Shown here piece after piece: positions 13,657-27,000 of a DNA stretch of 64,000 nt; the first letter of the stretch is position 1, and each line of letters starts with the position of its first letter. The DNA is taken from NCBI GenBank assembly GCA_010909165.1, contig MU008161.1, positions 496,001-560,000 on the forward strand, in the 5' to 3' direction. The position numbers and the translations under genes were made by a program. The notes under the pieces are model-generated. The model did no database searches and was not told where the DNA came from. It saw only the letters and a program-made list of their open reading frames with translations. The stretch comes from Anthoceros angustus. Taxonomy: Eukaryota; Plantae; Anthocerotophyta.

Positions 13657-14211
13657 TCAACTCTCAGTAGCGTCTCCGTCGGGAGCAGCGATAGGTTCGA
13701 TCGGCACCTCGTCTCCCTTGCCGGCTGCACCTGGCTCCACAATCTGGCCTACTTTCATGTACTTGCTCTGGAACTTGAACTCCCAGTCACTCAAAGCATC
13801 CAATTCGTAAGCTGACAGCCCCTCGGTGTTGGAGGTAAGGTCAGCCTGATCGAACGACATCTTGGCCAAAGCTCGGCTGGCATCCCTCCCTGCGAACAAG
13901 GAGTAGGGCCCTCCGGGACCGTAGAAGGCCCTGGAGTAGGACACGTCGTAGATTTGCCCCTTGATGGCCATGAGGAGAGGCTTGTTGGGGTCAGTCCCAT
14001 CGTACGAGAGCAGCTCCTCAGCTGTGATGTCCCCAAGCTGGACGGGAGGAGGAGGCGGCTTCACGCGCACATATTCCGGAGTGGGAGGCGCCAGAATTCC
14101 CCTCACCAGATAATAAAGAGCGAACAGCAGCGCTACAATGGTGAAAAACGTCACCTGAGACAACCCGGTGTACTCCGGTATGGCAGCATACAGATCCGTC
14201 AACACCCCCAT
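13657..14211 (-). CDS. MSBP: Membrane steroid-binding protein (MAPR family, cytochrome b5-like domain), intronless
   Basis: N-terminal TM helix; VQLGDITAEELLSYDGTDPNKPLLMAIKGQIYDVS, FYGPGGPYSLFAGRDASRALAKMSF, WEFKFQSKY. Confidence 0.95.
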   Translation of the reverse strand: MGVLTDLYAAIPEYTGLSQVTFFTIVALLFALYYLVRGILAPPTPEYVRVKPPPPPVQLGDITAEELLSYDGTDPNKPLLMAIKGQIYDVSYSRAFYGPGGPYSLFAGRDASRALAKMSFDQADLTSNTEGLSAYELDALSDWEFKFQSKYMKVGQIVEPGAAGKGDEVPIEPIAAPDGDATES

Positions 14212-14716
14212 CGCACCCGCAGCTCCGGCTACCCTTCGATTTGCACACTCCCGACGGCCGGCTTCTAAGGCAAATCAATCCGGGGCACCGGAGATTCGCA
14301 GTTGAAGGGAAGGGAAGGGAAGTGAAGGGGAAGGAAGAGGAGGAAGACGCACAAAGACAGACCTCGGGCGGTAAGCCCTAATACGTGGGGTACGCCTTTA
14401 TTCCAGGAGGAGGAATTCACGATGCCAGGCCTAAACGGGCCAGCCATGGTGTGAACCCTAGGCGAGGAGTAATTACCGGGCTGTGGGAAAGATTAGCAGC
14501 AAGAGCATGGGTCATCGTGCCAGGCCACGGTAGGTTTGTTTGTTGCTGGTCTCCGTCCGCAGAGCCTCGGCCTTGGGGGTTGGTGGGATGTAACGCATTC
14601 ATTCCTTCTTCTGGTGAAGGGAAGTGGTGGGGAAGTCGAGTGGAAAGTCGGGGGCACTATATAGATATGTGCGGAGTAGTTGAGCGGCCCGAGTCCGACT
14701 CCTGCCTGGTTGTGAG

Positions 14717-16189
14717 ATGTTGAACAAGCGTGGTCTAGACAGATTCAAGAAAGCTCAAGCTGCGGAGCCGTTTTCCGTGAATGCCGGCACACCTCAGTCC
14801 CAGGTGAGCTTGCAGCGTCCGTCTCTCAAGCCTGAACCGCAGCAGCAGTCGCAGCAGGGATTTGCGGTGCCCAAGGTTGCAGCCCCAGCGGCGTCTGCGT
14901 GCGCTGCTGGTGGGGGAGCGTCGTCTTGGCAGGCTCCGGAGTGGGCTGTCGAGCCCAAGCCAGGTTCCTTTTGGCTGGACGTTGTCAAGGATGGATCTGT
15001 GCTCGACAAGATTCCCATGGAAAGGCGGCGGACGATCTTTGGACGTCAGGCTGTGATGTGCGACTACATTTTGGACCATCCGTCTGTGTCAAGGCAACAT
15101 GCTGCAGTGGTGCAGCACAAGAATGGCAGGTTGGCCTGTATGCAGAGTTTTTACATTTCGTGAGTGAGTGGGATGGATTTGTTCCCGGTGACCCTTGCTG
15201 CCGCATCTTTTCGTCTACGTTCAGAGGCTGATATGACACTTCGTATTATGTGAAGTGGTTCTTGTGATGACCGAGCTTGTGAATTGTGCTTGTTGACCTC
15301 ACACTGGCCATGCTGAGTTGGTGGGCTTTTTGGTTGATGCAACAGCATATATGTCATCGACCTTGGCTCTGTACATGGTACCTTTGTCGCAAACGAGCGT
15401 CTCACAAAGGATCTTCCCGTGGAATTGGAAGCAGGACAGTCATTGCGTTTTGCTGCTTCGACCAGGAGCTATGTTTTGAGAAAGGCTAGCGCACCTGTTC
15501 AAAAAGATAAACCACCTCCTGGCTGCACACAGGATAAGGATGTTATTGATGTGGAAACAGATTCGCCTCGGCTTAAGCGGGTGCGGACAGGGAAGCGGGT
15601 TACCTTCAGGGACGATTATGGTGGACTCCTTGTGGAGGTCGTAGGTATATCTGATGGTGCCGACGTCTGCGCTGGACCTGGTCCTATTGGGGTGAAGGAA
15701 GGAAGTCTTGTGGGCAAGTATGAATCACTAGTTCAGGTAACGGTGATTCCCAAAAGCCAGCAGGAGAAGGATAAGCAAAACCCACCATCCAGCTCCACGA
15801 GTAGCCAAAACTCACTTCATGGGGTGACACAAAGTCTGAAACAGTATCTGGATAAGGTCAAGTCGCCAGTCAAAGGTGGTCTGTATGGTGATCTTGAAGG
15901 AGAGTCGTTGGCAGAGATCAAGGAGGGTGCTTGGGCAGAGACCAACAGGCACGATGTGGACTCTGCTCCCTCGACAAGCGAGCACGGTTATGCCTCCAAA
16001 GACAGTGACTTCGTCAAGGCCGCTGATGGCACCTCTACCATTCCTGCTGACGCCAAGGTCGATGGTGGCTCTTCTTCGAGAGCACCCGGCATAAGATCCC
16101 ACATGGAAAACGAAGAGGAGGACTTGTTCACTGAGGCTAGGACATCGAATGTCCAGCAGATTGCAGACGGCTTGTCATTGACCGGCTGA
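14717..16189 (+). CDS. FHA-domain protein, NIPP1/PPP1R8-like PP1 regulator; exons 14717-15129, 15346-16189
   Basis: GLDRFKKAQ start; FHA motifs IFGRQ..CD..LDHPSVSRQHAAVVQH and YVIDLGSVHGTFV joined by GT-AG intron 15130-15345; RVxF PP1-docking motif KRVTF. Confidence 0.9.
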
Positions 16190-16908
16190 GGAGCTTGCAA
16201 GCGGGCTGTAGTTCAGACTTCAGGCTGATGCTGTTCCGGGCGAGCGAAGTTGTTGCAGGTGCACAACTCTCCTCTTTCGCCTGTTGACACGGAAAGGGCA
16301 AGTTCTAGTTCATCAGTTTACTATGTTAATCAGGGATTTCTCTCCCGGGTTGTTTCTCTTGTGTTGCCCTTTTGACTTGCCCCCGCTTCCTGTTTATTTA
16401 ACATTTTCTGTGAATGGACAGGAACATTGGAAGACTGCCAGCGAGAAGACTAAAAGTTGGGTAGTTTTTCGTCATACGGGCTTGGCATGGACCTTACCAA
16501 TTCAATCATATCTTGTATAAAGCGCAATTTGGTGTCTGTGTTACCTCAATAGAATCTAAGGTCTATATCATAGATTTGGGTTTTTCCCAAGGTTCATAAA
16601 GCATTGCTGCCAAGAAGAAAGCTCTTGCGCATCCGAAAATCCAGCCTAATGGAAACACGTGTACCGGAAAGTTGGCCTCCGTTGCTGAAGGAAAGCAATA
16701 CCGTGGAGCTTGCGATTCCATTTATGAGCGTCAATGGAGACTTTGTTAAAAAAAGAAGTGATGGAAAACCCATTTACCTGAAACCCATGGGGACAACCCA
16801 CTAAAGGGGTCACTTATGAGCCGTTGGTGGGACTGTCTGTACCAACAATTTTATAATCGAAAAAATGATATGAGAAAAACTTTCGGAGATTTATCAAGAA
16901 GTGTGTTA

Positions 16909-19900
16909 GGGTGGTTTTACATACGGCACCGGTGGTGGAGCCACGGTGCCTCTGACGACCGCCGACGTGTGCTAGTCTACCCACCGCCGACGTGTGCTAG
17001 TCTGGCTAGTTTCGGCTTCTACAGGCATCCGTCAGTTGCACACTACACGCTTTCGACCGCCGGTTGCCAGGGCCCACAATGTCACCCTAAACGTCCTAAC
17101 CACGGGTGAGGTTGTGTTTCAGCAAGTGCCCACGAGTACATTGCTAGCCTTCCGGAGTCTGGATCGTTCAGCTTGGTGGCGAGATTGTTGAGGCAGCTTG
17201 TGGCGGGAACAAAGAGGCGGCCTACCAGAAATAACAGAACTATTGATGACATTTTGTGATTACATTTCACCATGGACAACGTAAGTGTGAAACTAATATT
17301 TGTCATGGTTTATACCAGAGATGCCTTTGCTACATAGCTCAATTTTAATTTCATGTGTGGCTGGTTTTAGTAGAAACCCTAGGAGGGCTTGTTAATATAT
17401 TTCTTCTTGCCCATGCCAGCCAGATTAAGTGTGGGATACAATGGTCCAAGGGTTAATATTGTTCATTGCAGTGGAATGTTTGAGTTCCACATATCAGCAA
17501 GCATTGATTCAAATATCATTGTTGCTCTTGATTTCTTCTATGAAGAAAAAGGCAACAAGGAAGCCTGCCAAGAAACGGAAGTTTGCTTGGACAAAACAAC
17601 AACATCAAGGATATCATGACCAACAACTTACGGTGTCATATTCCGATAAAATGTTTTGGCAATGTCTTCGCATTTGTAGAAATACATTTCTGTACATATA
17701 TGGTGAAGTAGGTCCGCTACTTTTCACTTCTGACACTTGATTCTGCAAAAATGTTCTTGTTGAGGTAAAAGTTGCCATGGACCTTTATCGTCTAGCTTTT
17801 GGAGACAAGCTTTAAACTATTGGTAATATCCTTGGATACAACACTCCTACCGTTGGTTTGGCAACACATGCTTTTTATGATGCTCTTGTCACTAAAGTGC
17901 ATGCATTGTATATTTCTTGGCCAGGAGAAGACATGTTGTTGAAACACTCTCAAGAACTTGAGGCGCTGCAAAGCATTGTGTATATGGTTGAAGCAGTGGA
18001 TGGCTCCCATATCCCTATTTCGGGACCCTTTGAAGCCGAGTGCTTCATATTATGGTAATAGCACCTTGCTTAATATGGGATTACGATTTTGGCTCGGCAG
18101 GTAGCCTTAATGACTGGAACTTGCCCTACTAGAAATGGCAGCCCATGTTACACTTTATGTTAAGATTTGGACCCTTGGATGTAACACTTATGTTGCAATT
18201 TTGGGGTCATGTAACACTTTTTGGGCCTCTTGTTACACTTTGGCTTGGAAACCAAACCGGAGCGTTTGTTGCAACCATATTGCAATGGTGTTGCAATTAT
18301 GTTGAGATGAAGTGAAAGGTGCTTTTGTCCTCTCTCAAGATTGCAATAAGATTGCAACATATAAAGTGTTACAAGAAAAGTCTTGTAACACTTTTGGAGG
18401 CTTGGTACCGAACCTCCTCCCCATCTACCTTCCTCCTTTTACTACTATTACCCTATAGAATACCTAGTTTTACTTAGTAATAGGGTAATACCTAGTTTTA
18501 CTTAATAGTTCCACTGATACTCGTATGAATACACATATATATAAATACATGTACGAATATATTCTTCATAAAATATATGTATTGTTCATGGCAACATATA
18601 CTATACAGTAATTTCCTGTGATATACGGTCATATTTCATTTTGTATAAAATAAGCATATACGTCACACGGATAACGTACATACTTTGTATACGTCCAAGA
18701 TACGTTTACCAGTTTGTCCTTGAGCACTCAGTGCCTTTTGTGCCTACGAGTTTGTGCTATGCGGACCCATGTTTGCTATGCGCCGGCGTGAGGTTGTTTG
18801 TCTCCAAGTCCTCCCTTCTTCTCTCTCCCCCTAGATAACTACCTCATGTCCGTTACGCGCCTTTTTGCCCCTGTCTCGACCATGGCTGTTGTTGGTTGCT
18901 CCACTCCTATCCTCCCTCTGCCACCCGCCTCTCGGAGGGTATAAAGCGGCTGCAATCAATATCGGCTGCAATGTTTGTTGCACGCAGCCAACACCTAGTT
19001 CGAAGAGTTTTTCCTAATGACAATACATTAGAGTAGATAGCATTCAAAACACAAGGCCCTGAAAGCCATAGTTTAGGTTTTACATCACTTTTTAGTGATT
19101 AAAATTTTGTACATGTAATTAGATATCTCGCCTCCTACCACCCCCAGACAGGAAGGCAATCAAAGACTATAGCAAGCCTACTTTCAAGGCTTCTATGCTC
19201 TATATGGGTCAATTAACTTTTGTATGGCCTGAATAACAGCTGCTATTTGAGGATCTTCAGAAATAACACCAGATTTCTTTGACTTACCTGGTGTTGCAAC
19301 TTGGCTGGTTGATGTTTTGTCTAAAGCAAAGGCATCAATGTCTTGTCCTATGTGGTTGGAACCACCAGGTTGCAGGGCATGTGAGTCCGCATGTGCCTGC
19401 CATACAACGTGGGCACGATTGTGCATTTACTGATCCACGATATCATACCACACACATGAGACAGATCTCGCACGTCTTGAAGTTGAATTTGCAAACTTGT
19501 CCACTTTGTAATCGTTATACATAGTCTTCCACTTTTGCCTGTATGCTTCTAAGGATTTGTCAAAATCATGACATATGGCCGCAATTTTGAGGGTCATCTT
19601 GCTCTATATGTCAATTCATGTGCAATCCTAAAGGTCCACAGTCAGAGCATGAAAGTTGTGATGCACTCTGCCAGAAAGTGAACATTCTTAAGTGAAGAGT
19701 GCCGCACTTGTTTCCTAGATTTGTCAAAATCACTATTCATGGAACCACAAACATGGATGAGTTTCATAATATGATAGTCCTTCCAAGCTTGATCAGTCTT
19801 CTTACTAAGGATGTCGGCGACTTCAGAGCTACTCCGGGCTTTCTTTGACGTTCAGGCTCTCATCTTTTGATGACTGCTGGCAGGTCTTATTGGGCTAGGT

Positions 19901-20862
19901 CTTGATTCTAAGTCTATGAGTGGAATGACACTGATAAATGATGGTGTATGAGAAGTTGGTACAGGTGTGTCAGTAGTCATAGGCATAGGGGGCACCAAGG
20001 AAACGAGAGGGGAAAAGGCCGGGTGGGTGCGGCCAGGCATGGGCAAAGGATAATGAAAAGTAAAACCTTGAACAGACTGGTTGAGAGTGGGAGGCATATC
20101 TAGATTGGAAATCCCAGCAGATTGGAGAGAAGCATTGAGGTATGATAAAAAGGACTCATTAGACAACCTTGCATATGGATCCATACTACAATTTGTGGAA
20201 GAGACTACAAATACCAGATGAATGTCGTTGCCTAAAGTGGACTTTGAAGCCGCTTTCTAGTAGCAAAATAGCAACGAAGGCTTCAAAGGCACTTGCCTGC
20301 AGGCTTTGCGTTTTGACATGTTGAATGTATCCGAGATGCTTGAACCCGGATTGGATGCTCTGTGATGGCGCATTGATCTCCAGAGCTGCGAGATTGTGGC
20401 CTACCTAGTATGCCTTTGCAGCTGCCAAATTGGTGCTTGCTTGTAGCCTAGCAGTTGCAAGATTGGTATCTATGTACTCCCTTATAGCTGCCAATTTGAT
20501 GTCTGCTTGTTCACCTTGATGGTCTCTACCGCTTTATTTTCAATACCATTGTTCGCTCCTACCAACATCGCTGTCGTGACTCACAAAACACAAAGTGCCT
20601 ACCCTTTTGGTAATGCATGTTTATCACGGTTGATTACAGTTTTGCGTGGCTTTTTGTTATTGGTGCAATCGGTGCATGGCAGTGTGTGCAGACACCACCG
20701 ACCCTCGAAAGTAGGTGGTGCTCCGACACCACTGCCACAGCCACATTGGCGCCACAGTGGTACAGCCACCTCAGTACCACCGGCAAATGTAAAATACATA
20801 CGAAGGTGTCTACCAATAAGAAAGCGCCATGTTACCACTAGCGGTATGATGTAAAACCACCC
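16909..20862 (+). mobile_element. PIF/Harbinger DNA transposon, degenerate but delimited at both ends
   Basis: TIR GGGTGGTTTTACAT (16909) / ATGTAAAACCACCC (20862) with TTA on both flanks; + strand HARBI1-type transposase remnant ~17600-18060 (FWQCLRICRNTF, KVAMDLYRLAFG, YISWP, EAVDGSHIPI); convergent Myb/SANT-like ORF remnant on - strand ~19190-20184. Confidence 0.88.
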
Positions 20863-21833
20863 TTATTAGGCTACCACAGATTTCACATTGTTTGAATTCA
20901 AAATCAATTTAACTTTTCTAAGATGGTCAGATACAAGATATGCTTTTAGTATTCACTAGGATAGTTTTAACCCATAGATATAGCTTTCTGTCTATGGTAA
21001 CTTTTAGTGACAGATTGACTTTTGCAATGGCTCATACCATGTACATATTCACATATTCATGTTTGAGGCCTTGGCAAGTTTTGTGGTTCTTTTGTGATTG
21101 TCTTGGGGTTTATACCACACCGGTCTGTCAGTGCCACGAAGCACTAACGACAGGCTAGATATGGCTCTAACATATGGTAAACACTCTTTACGATTCATGG
21201 TAAAGTTCTCCCATCTTGAGTTTATCGTGCTCCATGATGTGAACTCATTATATAATCCGGGCCCTGGCAAGCTTGCCACTCTATGCCCGGGTGCGGCCAT
21301 TCTCCTTCAGAATGTGCTTTTACACATTGCTGGCGTTTAGGCCCGTCGAGGCTTTGCAATGTGGTCACCATGCAGTCTATTGACATCAACCCCCCATGAA
21401 AGGGGATAACAGTGGAACGATTCCACACACTTTCATATGAGGAATTAGGGTTACATGTTCAAGAGTGTGTTTCCTCAAGGCTGTTGAAGGTCTGTTGAAG
21501 GCCACTAAATGTCTACTCAAGGGTGCTAAACGCGTGCTCAAGGTTGCTCAAGGGTTGCATATAGATGCTGCAAGGGCTTATGGGTCCCATACTTCATGGT
21601 TCAGGTTCATGCTCGCGAGGTTAGTCAGATGGCTGCTTGCGCGACCATGCTTGCAAGCGCCAATGTTCGCACAACACAACCCTGAGAAAACATGTGTATC
21701 GCACGCAAGAAGAGCGAACATGCTTGCAAGCACCAATGTTCCCACAGCCCTAAGAAAAACATGTGTATCGCACGCAAAAAGATTCTTGACACCTCGTGAC
21801 AACATCGGTATACAGGGAGAACCCTAAACTCCG

Positions 21834-21985
21834 GCCGATGTCGTCAAGTGTGTGACCTAAGAAGTTTTCACGGCTGATGTCGTCAAGTGTGTGACCCAAG
21901 AAGTTTTGACGACCGATGTCATCAAGTGTATGGCCTAAAAAGTTTTCACTGCTGATGTCGTCAAGTGGGTGAGCTAAGAAGTTTT
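21834..21985. repeat. ~39-bp tandem repeat x4, likely a TE subterminal array; a ~70-bp duplication lies just upstream at 21647-21780
   Basis: GATGTCGTCAAGTGTGTGACCTAAGAAGTTTT units with point differences and no unique spacers. Confidence 0.8.
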
Positions 21986-22554
21986 ATGTAACCCTTGAAA
22001 AAACCCTTGGTATAATGGTGACAATATCGCCATTCCATATGGGTGACAGATGAATGATAATGTTTCCAACAGCACTTGAGACTATTTTCTTCATGGTATC
22101 TCACCGAAAAGAATAACTAATGTTGAAATGCTCATTTGGGTGCACTCTTTATGTCTATATTTCTTATTTCAATGTTATACACTTCTTATGAAAACAATCA
22201 CCGAAAGGTAAGGCCCTATCTATGATTTTCAACGAGAGAAACTTTTCAATGAACTACAGATCTTTCATAAGTCCTGAATCCTTGCCCAATTTGGTAATGC
22301 TAGTTAGGGCGAACTTGTAACACGACAAGCGGATGTTGTCTCAAAAATCGCCTTTGATTAGTGTGGTCATACACAGTACCTGGACATGCTGCCGTAGTCT
22401 GTTGTTAATTCGCTCATCTTCCGATAGCAGCCCCTGAACGATGGCCGTAGTAGGGCAACCGGACCCGTTGTCGACTCAACAAATTGGTCCTGCACAGGGA
22501 GCTACACCTGACCTCACTACATATAGGGAGTCCACCCCCGGCAAACGGCCAGGC

Positions 22555-23243
22555 CTCCAGGTGCAGCAGTGTAAGGAGTCCAACACTTCCGCTTCCGAGA
22601 AAATGTGCAGGTAGGAACGGGTTTTCCAGCGATGGTCGTCGCCAGGAGCAAGAGCACTTGTGCAACAATCTTTTCTGGACCCTACCATGTGTGGGATTAG
22701 AGACGAGTTAAGAAAAGCTCCCGCGCCTGACTTCCAGCCTGCAGGGCACGGGGGCACGGCGAGGTCCTGTGGGGTCAAGTCAGCTTGGGTTGATGAGCAG
22801 CTTGTTTCCTTGGATACGCAGATGGGTCCTGGTGCCTCTCCTTCCAAGACCAGCTGTCGGGATAAGCCTTAACCTCGCGGGCGTGCAGGATCGGAAATGG
22901 GCTCTAGGTGCAGCAGTCTAAGTATCTCAGCACTTCCACTGCCGAGGAAGTGTGTGGGTGGGAACGAGTTTTCCAGCGATGGCAGTTGCCAGGAGCAGGA
23001 GCATTTGTGGCAACAAATTTTTCTAAACCCTATCATGTGGTGGGACAACAGACGAGATAAGACGAGCTCCCGTTTGCCTGACTTCCGGCGTAAAGAGCTG
23101 CTCATCAACCCAAGCTGGCTTCAAGCCAGCTTGGGTTGGTAAGCAGCTCCTTTCCTTGGATATGCAGACGGGTCCTGGTGCCTCTCGTTCCAAGTCGGGC
23201 CCTGTGGATAAGCCTGAACCTGGCAGGCGTGCAGGATCGGAAA
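22555..23243 (+). pseudogene. Two tandem ~346-bp units encoding OSB-type PDF motifs (organellar ssDNA-binding protein family); frameshifted gene or pseudogene
   Basis: Unit 2 translates EHLWQQIFLNPIMWWDNRRDKTSSRLPDFRRK, followed in another frame by PAWVGKQLLSLD; unit 1 has the same motif with indels and a stop (SAWVDEQLVSLD). Confidence 0.7.
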
Positions 23244-24073
23244 GGGACGTGATAGCGACTGGTGCAGTGAGCATGTTATGTTAGCATGGAAGCTTTCCGA
23301 GGCCGTTGGAGCCCTGGAATCTTTGGCGCAGACAGACTCTGCTATTTCTCGGTCTCTGTTCTACTCTATGCTAATACTGTGTACTGTGCTAAGAAGGATT
23401 TGGTTGTGGGGCGACGAGTTCTTGATCTCAATATGAAACTTGAGTACGAGTCAAACTACGTACTTGGGCATGTATGCAGGTGGAGGCAGGCTACAAGAGG
23501 CTGGATGTGCCCACCAGGGTGGGCTAACCAAATGCCTTGATGTGGCTCTGCAGACAGATGGAATTGGTTCAGCCAGTAGCCAACCTTCATGTCACAGGGA
23601 TGGTTTGCCAGGCAGTCCACCACAGTCCAAGGGGGTTCTTGTTGTGACGAAAGACACGCAACCAAAGAGCTTGAACGCGCACGCACACACACTGTTATGA
23701 AGACATGGAAGAGACCAAGGGCCATGCCCAAGCTTCTCGATTGATCGTTGTGTGTTTAACGATTTGGCCTGTCCTTAGCATGCCTGCCATTGCTAAAAAT
23801 CTCCTATGCAATAACACGCCCATTCCCGGGTTACTTGTCGTTCCGAAAAAATCCGTTGTAAGTTGACAGAGTCAATCCCTCAAACCCTCAAAGCGAGCCG
23901 TCACTCTAGATCCACTGCTGACAAAACCTGCCCTTGCACAAAGCCGTTCCTTGCCCTAACCGTACCCTGTTCGAAAAATAGGGAAACTGGGTTTATGCTC
24001 TTAGGCATTAATGGAGCTGGACACTTCATGATCTTTGTCAGAACAGTTTCCTCGAAAGCCTTCCGCTAGCTTA

Positions 24074-26390
24074 GGGTGGTTTCATACTCGACCGCCGGGG
24101 TGAACGGCATCGGACAGAGACTTGAATTAGGTTTTACACCTACGCCGGTCGCTTCAACATGGCGGATGAGTGGCGTCGATGTGGCCTATGTGGCACTCTG
24201 ACATCCAGGCCCAATCAAAACGAGCCATTGGCCCCGAAATTTTAGGCACGTAATGGATGCCATTCGGATAATTGATACCAAGTGTGTTGATCGGGCATGT
24301 GCGCGTTTGCTCTGGGGGAGGGAGACGGTAAGGGACGCGGCAAGCGGTCGGATCGTGGAGGCCGGCAGGCAATTCAAGCGGGCAGGGTGGGGAGCGGGCA
24401 CGGGTTCACCTTTGTGAGCGGGTATCCGCGAGAAAGCGATTCAGCGGGCTGGGGCTGCATTCAGCGAGCAGGGGCTGCATTCTGCGGGCAGGGGCAGCGA
24501 TTCTGGTGTAGAACTTGTGATCGCCTGGTGAGCGTGGCGTGCGAGCTGAGCTGCTGAGCGGGGTGGCATGGCCGCAGCTACACTGGTTTCTAAAATGCAC
24601 AGAACCTCCTCGAGAATGGGAACGCCGATGTGCAGGCATTACATGTTAGACTTCGCACAACAGCGTGAGGCTGCAAAATCGAGCTTGAATCGCCCGCATC
24701 ACCTAGGAAGCAGAAACAAGGCTGCAAAATCGAGCTTGAAATCGCCCGCTCACCAGGCTGACACGCCTGAGGCACGCCACGCTCAGCTCGCACGCCCAGC
24801 TCGCACCTTTCCATGATCATTTCGGCCCAGTGATTGTTGTCACCCTGAGCCATCGGCCATGCCAGCCCCTCAACAAATTGTTTCAGCATTGCGGCTCTGT
24901 TCCCACACTGAACCATGCCTTCCTACTTGATCCAGACAAAGTCCGGTTTTCTGCGTTTCAGCCGTTCATGGAAAGTCGGGAAACAAGTTCAAATTCAAAT
25001 ATGCAGGTGTGGCTCCAGTTCCTGATGTTTCCTCGCTCCAGTTCCTGATGTTTCTTTTCAGTCCCTGGTGGTTCTTTTTGCATCAGTTCCCCACTCCAGT
25101 TTCTTTTTGCATCGTGTTCCCCACTCCAGTTTCTGACGTTTCTGATGTCTAACTCTTGTTCATTTTGTATTGTAGGAGAGGGGCCACTCTAGCCAAGACA
25201 CATGGATACTTTTGGCCTGCCACCCTCCGATAGCTTTGTGAATTATCTCACCGCACCTTTGTCTGGGCATACTGTGGAATCATAGCCACCTTTACCATCT
25301 TCCACCTTCCCCTCCCTGCATCCCTTTCCACCAGCTTCTCAATTACCACCTTTTCCACATGCCGGACAATAGCCATCAGTGTTCAGTAACTCATGTATCA
25401 CTACTAGGAAATTGAGTGTGTTGTCACAGCTTTCATCACGGCCTTGGCATACATTTACAACGCTCTATGGCGCACGTCACACTTTTGGTTTGAGTGCGCC
25501 ATAGGATACGAACCACTTTGTGTAACGCCGGTTATTACTTACCTACCAAAACCGTGTAAATCAGGGTGAATCTATTAGTGTTACAAACGGTTCCAGGTTC
25601 ATTACATATAATAGACCTCGAAGCTCCTTCCTACACTCCGGTAAATCGTTTGGCAGATCCAGGAAGAGATCGAACACTTCATAAGCTGGTAATAGCTCAA
25701 CACAAGCCGAAGCTGTCGGAAACAAGAAATTCGAGGGGTGGAAGAACCATCACAATCATTTGAAACCTAATAGTGGTCCGAGGATTAATGGATGCTGAAT
25801 TTGACAAGACCCACAAACAAGGTTGTCTGTCTAATGCATCGAGTTTTGAGTCATGGAGGATGATGTCTAATGCATCGAGTTTTGAGTCATGGAGGATGAT
25901 CCGTGTATTTTGTTTTGTTGGTATTCCACCAGGTATGAACATTTAGAATAAGGTGGCCGCGAAGGTGGCTATGGTTTGTGCAGACTTTGACAAGTCTGCT
26001 GAGGCTTGTCATAAAAAATTGAGATCAATTTACAACGAACACAAGACAGACAAGGCAGCAAATTCTGTTTCTGGTAATGCTAGCACAGAGTGTTGGGCAT
26101 GGAATGACCTTGTTGATCAATTCATACAACACAGGTTGGTACATGAGGCTCATGCTGACTCACACTAGGCTTCGGAGTCAATGGACAAGTCATTAGAGTC
26201 TAAGGTTGACACCTCGGAGAAGGTGTCAAAAGGTAGTTCAAAATAAGATAGGAAAGGCAAGAAGGTTGGAGGTGTAGGTGATATGCATAGATTGTTATTG
26301 CCATTGATGTTATACAACAAATGATCAAGATATGAAGGCTATGAAGGAGAAGAAGAATAGTCTTTTAGAAAGTCTAGTTGTTACTATTGT
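24074..26390 (+). mobile_element. Second PIF/Harbinger element, truncated, retaining the Myb/SANT (trihelix) ORF remnant
   Basis: TTA + GGGTGGTTTCATAC at 24071-24087 resembles the first element's TIR; remnant KVAAKVAMVCADFDKSAEACHKKLRSIYNEHKTDK...SG...WNDLVDQF...AHADSH shares IDLE and AHADSH motifs with the 19190-20184 remnant; right TIR not found. Confidence 0.7.
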
Positions 26391-26597
26391 AGCCGCAATC
26401 GTTGATAGGGGATCGGGTTCTTGAAGTCCATTTTTGAAAATAAGTAATATTTTAAAATAAGAGTGATAACACTCCACAACTACTCAACACTCACTCCACT
26501 CCTCTAATCCTACTCAACCCTCACGATGTATCATCATCTTCACCAAACATTGTAGTCACAAGGTGCTGGTTTGGAGCTGCATACTTAGCAATGGATA

Positions 26598-26837
26598 TGG
26601 AGTGGGAGACGCTTCATGCCTTTTCGAAAACCAACTCTATCAAACTTTGGCTGTTGTTCTTAAATGTTGTCCTCTTCAAGTATTGATGCAGCAGTATTTG
26701 TTCGCACAAATACTGCTGCATCAATACTTGCAGAGGGAGTGGGAGACGCTTCATGCCTTTTCGAAAACCAACTCTATCAAACTTTGGCTGTTGTTCTTAA
26801 ATGTTGTCCTCTTCAAGTATTGATGCAGCAGTATTTG
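26598..26837. repeat. ~100-bp direct duplication with a 25-bp perfect inverted repeat at the junction
   Basis: GGAGTGGGAGACGCTTCATG...GCAGCAGTATTTG twice; stem 26677-26701 / 26706-26730. Confidence 0.85.
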
Positions 26838-27000
26838 TGCGCACTGTCATGCCGTGTGATACTAATATCTGCACTTGGGTTTAGTGTTTGATTGGCATTA
26901 ATTAATCTAATTACTTATCTTTAAGTAAGTAATTAGTGTTAATTAGGATAAGGTGCTTATGTTAAAAAGCATTTATTAGTGTTGATTAAACATGGTTAGC

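Noticed and set aside
21834-21985. CRISPR-like appearance of the 39-bp repeats
   Set aside because: No unique spacers, no cas genes, eukaryotic context; it is an ordinary tandem or subterminal repeat
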